Assembly: GCA_040752415.1 (NCBI GenBank)
Contig: JBFMGU010000073.1
Coordinates: forward strand, 1-41,797
Direction of reading: 5' to 3'
DNA: 41,797 nt
Source: Myxococcota bacterium
GTDB lineage: Bacteria > Myxococcota > JACRCW01
This document shows, piece after piece, positions 32,601-38,600 of the stretch. The notes under the pieces were generated by a model. It did not search any database. It worked only from the letters and a program-made list of their open reading frames with translations, and was not told the DNA's origin. The translations under genes and the position numbers were made by a program. Every line of letters starts with the position of its first letter. Within the stretch, counting starts at the first letter, position 1.

Positions 32601-35600
32601 CGGACCGTGGGTTGTGCTCGGTAGCGACAGCGAACAGGGTGCGCTCGTTGTCGATGCACGAGGTGCTCCGGCGATTTCCGGACGGTTCCCCGACCTGCGG
32701 GGCGCTGCGGTCGCTTCTGGGGCTCGCCTGATTTCCGTCGCGTCGGACAAGGTTGCGCGTCTGCCGCTCGCGCGCGAGCCGGCGTCGCCCACGGTTGCCT
32801 TGTCCCACGTTGGTGGAGCGGTCGTGGCACCGGGAACGCGCCTGGGGCTTGTGGCCACGGTCGACGACGGCAACGCTCCGTTGAACGCCTACACCGCGGA
32901 GCTTCTGGCGAATGGCGTGGTGGTCCAGGTGCTGGACTCGCAGGTGCCTGCGCACGTGGATGTCCCGCGTGAGGGGACTGCTCTGCAACTCGAGCTGCGG
33001 GTGCGGGACCTGGCAGGCAACGTGGTTTCGGCAACCGACGAGGTTTTCATCGCCGACGATGGATTGGTGCCCTCGCTTGACTCGGTGCAAGCGCCGGGAT
33101 CCCTGCTTGAAGGAACCACGGTCCAGGTCGTGGCGCATCCCACGCATCCGGCGCAGGCAGACCAGGTCGAAGTTCGACTTGACGGGGTGCTGGTGGCGAC
33201 GTCCCACGCTCCTGCGCTAGCCGCTTCTTTCACCGCGCCCGCGGTCAACAGCGATACGCCGATGCAGCTGACGGTTGAGCTCCTGGACTGGAGAGGCCGC
33301 CGCAGCGCGCCCGCGACGCTGACACTCTACGTGCTGGAAGATGTGGGGGCACCGCCCAGCGTCAGCTTGTCGCGCGTGGGCTCCGGGCCGGTCTACGAAG
33401 GCCGACCCGTTGCCGTGCACGCCGACGCTTCCTCGACGGACGGAATTGCCGAGGTTCGGTTCGTCGTGGAAGAGGGCGGAGCCGGTGTGCCGCAATACAC
33501 CGCCGCAGCGGCGCCATACGACGCGACGCTCTGGATGCCCCTTGGTACTGGCGCGCGCTCCGTGACGATCCGCGCCATTGCCCAGGACGGCCTGGGGCGG
33601 ACCGGTAACGCCTCCATCTCGGTGGTGGTCGTCGATGATTTGACCCTGCCGTCCGTGTCGCTCGTCGTGGACCCGTCGGGGGGCACCGTTGCAGCGGGAG
33701 CGCAGTTGCACGCCCGCGCTGTCGCGACGGACGGCGTCTCCGTTGCGTCCGCGCTGACTCAGGCAACCCTGGGCGGATTGCTCCTTGTGAGCGGCGGCCC
33801 CGACATCCGATTCACCGTGCCAGCCGAGACGGCGGTGGGTGAGGTCGTGACCATCAGTGCGGTGGTGACGGATGGCGTTGGCAATCAGGCAAGCGCGGAG
33901 CGCAGCATTGTCGTGGTGGGAGCGTCGGGTGCCGACGGAGCAGTCATTGGCGGCGCATTCCGCGAAACGCGACACCTTTCCGTCCTCGGGAACCGCGTTG
34001 CTGCAGCCACTGCCTCGGGTGTCGCCGTTGGCACGCTCTCTCGGGAATCGTTGGCGTTGAACAGCGACGTGGTCGTGGCGACAGGGGCTCCCGTCCGAGA
34101 AGTCGCTCAATTCGGTGACCTCGTGCTTGCCGTGTTGGAAGACGGTGCATTCGCGGTCATCCGGGTTGCCGGAACAACGGCCTCCATGGAGTCCCGTCTG
34201 GATATCGGCGTGGCGCATGTCGCCGCTGGCGCAGGACGTGTCTATGTGTCGGACTCGCTCCAGCGTGTGTACGCCGTGGACCTGTCCCTCCCCCAGGAGC
34301 CCGTCTTCAAGCTGCACACCATTTCTGGCGACGTGGTCTCGGCCGACGCCAGTGGCCCGGTGACACTGCGCGCGGATGGCGTGACCTACGTGTCCGGTGG
34401 AACGGCGCGTTCCATTCAGACGGCGCCTGCAATTCCAGTTGCGGCCGAGCTTGACGGCGCACTGGTGGTGGTGGGCACGGACCGTTCCCTGATGGTGTTC
34501 CGCGCCTCCGACGGAGCGTCCCTTGCGGAAGTTGCTCTTGCCGCGCCGTGCCGCGACCTTGACGTCGCCGCCCTGCGGGCTCATGTCCTTGCCGCGGACG
34601 GCGTGATCAGGACCGTCGACCTGCAGGATCCCACCCAGCCCAAGGTCACGGGCGCGAGGACCGCCGCAGGTACGGCCCTGGACGTGTCCGGCGGCGTGCT
34701 GTTCGTCGGCGGAAGCGCGGGAATCACGGCTCTTGAAGAGCACGCGCGCGATCCGCGAGAGCCCTCCGGGTTGGGACAGCTGTCCATCTCGGACGCTACC
34801 CGGGCGCTGGTGCCCTACCGTCGTGGCGTCCTTGTCGCTGCGGCAAGCGCGGGGTTGGTGCCGGTGGACCTCAGTGATCCGACGGGTCCCGCTGCGGGTT
34901 CCGCCTTGGCGCAAGGCACCACCATGGTCCGGCTGGAGCGCGGTGGCGCATTGGGCATTGCCTTGAACGACGTTGGCCAGCCCCTCCTGTTGGAGCTGGA
35001 CCGTGCCGTCGGAGCCAGGGTGGTTCCTGCATCCGACCCGCGAACGCAGCGCCTCGCTGCCGCTGGAGCGCTGGATGACGTTGCAGTTTCGCAGGAACGG
35101 GTGTGGCTCGCTGGCGGTGGCGCGGTCCGCACGGCCCCGACGGTTTCGTTCGAAATGTCCGCTCCGCTGCTCCTGAACAGCTCGGCGACGGACGTTGCAG
35201 CGACGGGAAGCCTTGCCGCCGTGGCGTTGGCTTCTCGCGCTGTGGCCCTGCTGGGGGTGAACTCCTCCGGCGCGCCCGAGGTCGTCCACACGCTTCAGTT
35301 CCAGGCCGACATCGGCGGCGTCGCCCTGATTGAGCGGGTGCTCCTGGTGGCCCATGGCGCCAACCTGGATGTCGTGGACATCACTCTTCCCGAGTCTCCG
35401 ACGACCGTGGCGGCGGTTGCCTTGGCCGGCCCCGCGCGCAGCGTCCGACTGAATGGGCGGCTGGCATTGATCAGTGAGGGGCTTGCTGGGGTTGAGCTCT
35501 GGGATGTGACGAGCCCCGCGACGCCGCGGTTGGCGGGCTCCATCCCCGCGGGCCGCGCGGACGACGCGTGGGCAAGCGGCGACCTGGTTGTTGTTGCCGA

Positions 35601-38600
35601 CGCCGCCAACGGTCTCGCCATCCACTCAATGCCTGCTCCCAAGGCGGCTCCCGCGGCTCGTCTGGTGTTGCCGGATTCCGGCGTGGAGGTTCCTGCGGGT
35701 GGCCTGCTTTCGGTCAGCGCCGCGAGCGCTGGCATCGATGTGGACGACGTGGAGCTCGTTGTCGACGGGAACACGGTGGCACGCATGGATGACCAGAGCG
35801 GCCTCGCGACCTTCTCCGTGCCCGGCTTCGTGTCCGCCGGCTCGGTGCTCGCCATCCAGGTTCGCGCTCGAAGTGCCTGGGGCGAGGACCTTTCGGCTCC
35901 GTGGGAAGTGAGGGTGGTGGAACCGTCTGACACTGTGCTCACTGCAGAGCTGCTGGCGCCGGCAGCAAGCGCCTTCGCGTCCGCGGAGATGGTTGAGGTC
36001 CACCTGCGCGTGACCGGGGCGCTCTCGCATGTGAGCGGCGCGGTGTTCCTTGGCAACCACTTCCTCGGTTCGTTGGACATGGCGCAGGCGGTGACGCCTG
36101 TGGAGCTGCGCGGTGTGGTGCAGATGCCCGTGGTGACCACGGATGAGGCCACGACCCTCAGCGTTGTCGTCGTCGACGGCGCGGGCAGGTCCGCGGACGT
36201 CGTTCGCAGCGTGACCTTGAGAGGCGAGCAGAACGCGCCGAGCACCCCGAACGTCCTGCCGGAAGCCCTGCGCGCGGGTCCCACGGTCAATCACATCAGG
36301 GTGTCCGCCGCCGACGACGGCGCACTGTCCTTGCGGCTGGTGATCAATGGAGTCGCCGTCGCCACGTCAGTTGGCGCGTTCAACGTGACCGTTGCGCACG
36401 ACCTGGTGTTGCCGGAGGACGCCACGGGATCGACGGTGGTCGTCCAGGCTTTTGCGACGGATGCCATGGGACGCTCAAGCCAGGCGGAGCGCACCTACGT
36501 GGTGTTGCCGGACGGCGAGGCGCCGGTTGCGAACCTCAGTGTCGCGTCGTCGGCCAAGGAAGGAACCACCATCATCGTCACCACGAGTGCCTCGGACGCG
36601 GATGGAGATGTTCGTAACATTACGCTCTTTGCCGACGGGGTGCAGTTCGCAAGCGCCGACGTGAGCAGCTTCGCGGTGCCATACACCCTGCCGCTGATCT
36701 CCGCAGGCCGTACCCAGGTGGAGTTCGAAGCGGTGGCGACGGACGCCCGCCAGCGCGTGGGGCGCACGAGTCGCATCACCGTGCTCGAGGCCGACAACCC
36801 ACCGCAGCTTTCCTTCGACCCTCCGGCCGGAAACCTGGCCGCTGGCCTGGTGCATCAGCTCTGTGTGGTGGCAACCGACGACGTGGCTCTCACACGCCTG
36901 GACGTGACGCTCAACGGGCAACCGTTCGCGGAGCTCGCCCAGGGCTGCGGCCCGCACTGCCTGCGTCGTTGCACCGACCGCTACCTGGCCCTTGGCGAGA
37001 GCATCCTGGTGGCGGCCACCGCCGAGGACGGGCAGGCCCACGTGGTCTCGGGCAGCGCGGTCTACGACGCGGCGTCGTGCCCGACCGTGGACCTGGGGAC
37101 CAGCCATCCCCAGAGCGTGACGGGGGACAACTCCGGTGCCGCGAACCTGGTGGGCAACGCTTCCTGCGGCGCGTACTCGTCCGACACTGCGGACACGACG
37201 TATGGATTCGACGTCACGCGGACGGGCGCCTACCGCATTGTCGCGACGTCACAGGTGCCCGTCTCAGGCCCAGGCAACCCGGTGCTCTACGTCCTCTCCG
37301 ACGACTGCGGAGGCGCGGAGCTGGCGTGTGCCGTCCTTGAGGCCGGTGGAGCCGCGCCGCGCTCGGCCGAGCTGGTGGTTGACCTGCTCGCTGGCCAGCG
37401 AATTGTCCTCGCCGTTGATGGCGCTGATGGTGGCGAGCACACGCTGTCGGTGGACCAGCTGCCAGAGTGCTCGGACGGACTGGACAACGACGGCGACGGA
37501 CGCACGGACCATCCCGCCGAGCCGGGCTGCGATTCGCCCGCCGATGCGCTCGAGGATGATCCTGCCATTGCTCCGGTGTGCGCGGACGGCGTGGACAACG
37601 ACGGCGATGGGCGGGTCGACTTCCCAGCCGATTCCACCTGCGGGTCCGCGGCGTCGAACACCGAGCTGACTCCGGGTGAGTCCTGCTTGAACGCCGTGGA
37701 GGTGACGCTGGCGACCGATGCGCTTCCCCTGGAGCTTGCGCGCGCCGTGACGGACCACCCCGCCGCGGCGGAATGCCCGTCGCCCACCGAGACGTCGGGC
37801 GACCTGGTGTTCCGTCTCTCGCTGCCCGGCGAGGCGACCGTGGTGGCGACTTCCGCTGGGAACCAGGTTTCCATTCGCGGCTGGCCCACGTGCGCCGACG
37901 GGCAGGGGGCGTTGGCTTGCGACCTCGGTCAGGCCACCGCGCTGGTGGGCCCGGGCGACGTGGCGATTGTGGTCTCCGGCTCTGGTGGCACCCTCACGGT
38001 GTCCGGCACGCTGCGCGATGGGACGACCTGCGACCCGGCGCGCGAAGCCGACTTCCCGTGCGCAGGCGCCGCAACGTGCAGCGACGTTGCCGGGCAGTTC
38101 GTCTGTGATCCGCCCCAATGCCGCAACGGCCGGGACGATGATGGCGATGGCAACACGGACCATCCGGACGACCCCGGCTGCTCATTCGCGGACGACACCG
38201 ACGAGGCCGATCCGTGCATCTCCACCATCGCTGCGCCGAGCATGTCGCCCGCCGCGGGCTCCTATGACAACGAGGTGGTTGTCTTCCTGCACACGCCGGC
38301 CGCAGGCGACGACATCCTCTACACCACGGACGGGTCCGACCCGGCGGTTCACGGAACTCCCTACGGCGCGGGCATCACGCTGCGGACAACCACAACGGTG
38401 CGCGCCAAGACCTCCGTGGCAGGTCAGGTCTCCTGCGACGAGACCACCGGAACCTACGTCATCAATGACACGATTGCGCCGCGCGTGGTGGCGGTGGAGC
38501 CGCGACACGGGTCCACGGCGTCGCTGGGTGAAGTCACGCAGCTCACCGCAACCTTCTCGGAAGGTGTCGACCCCACAACCGTGGACGACCTGACCTTCAG

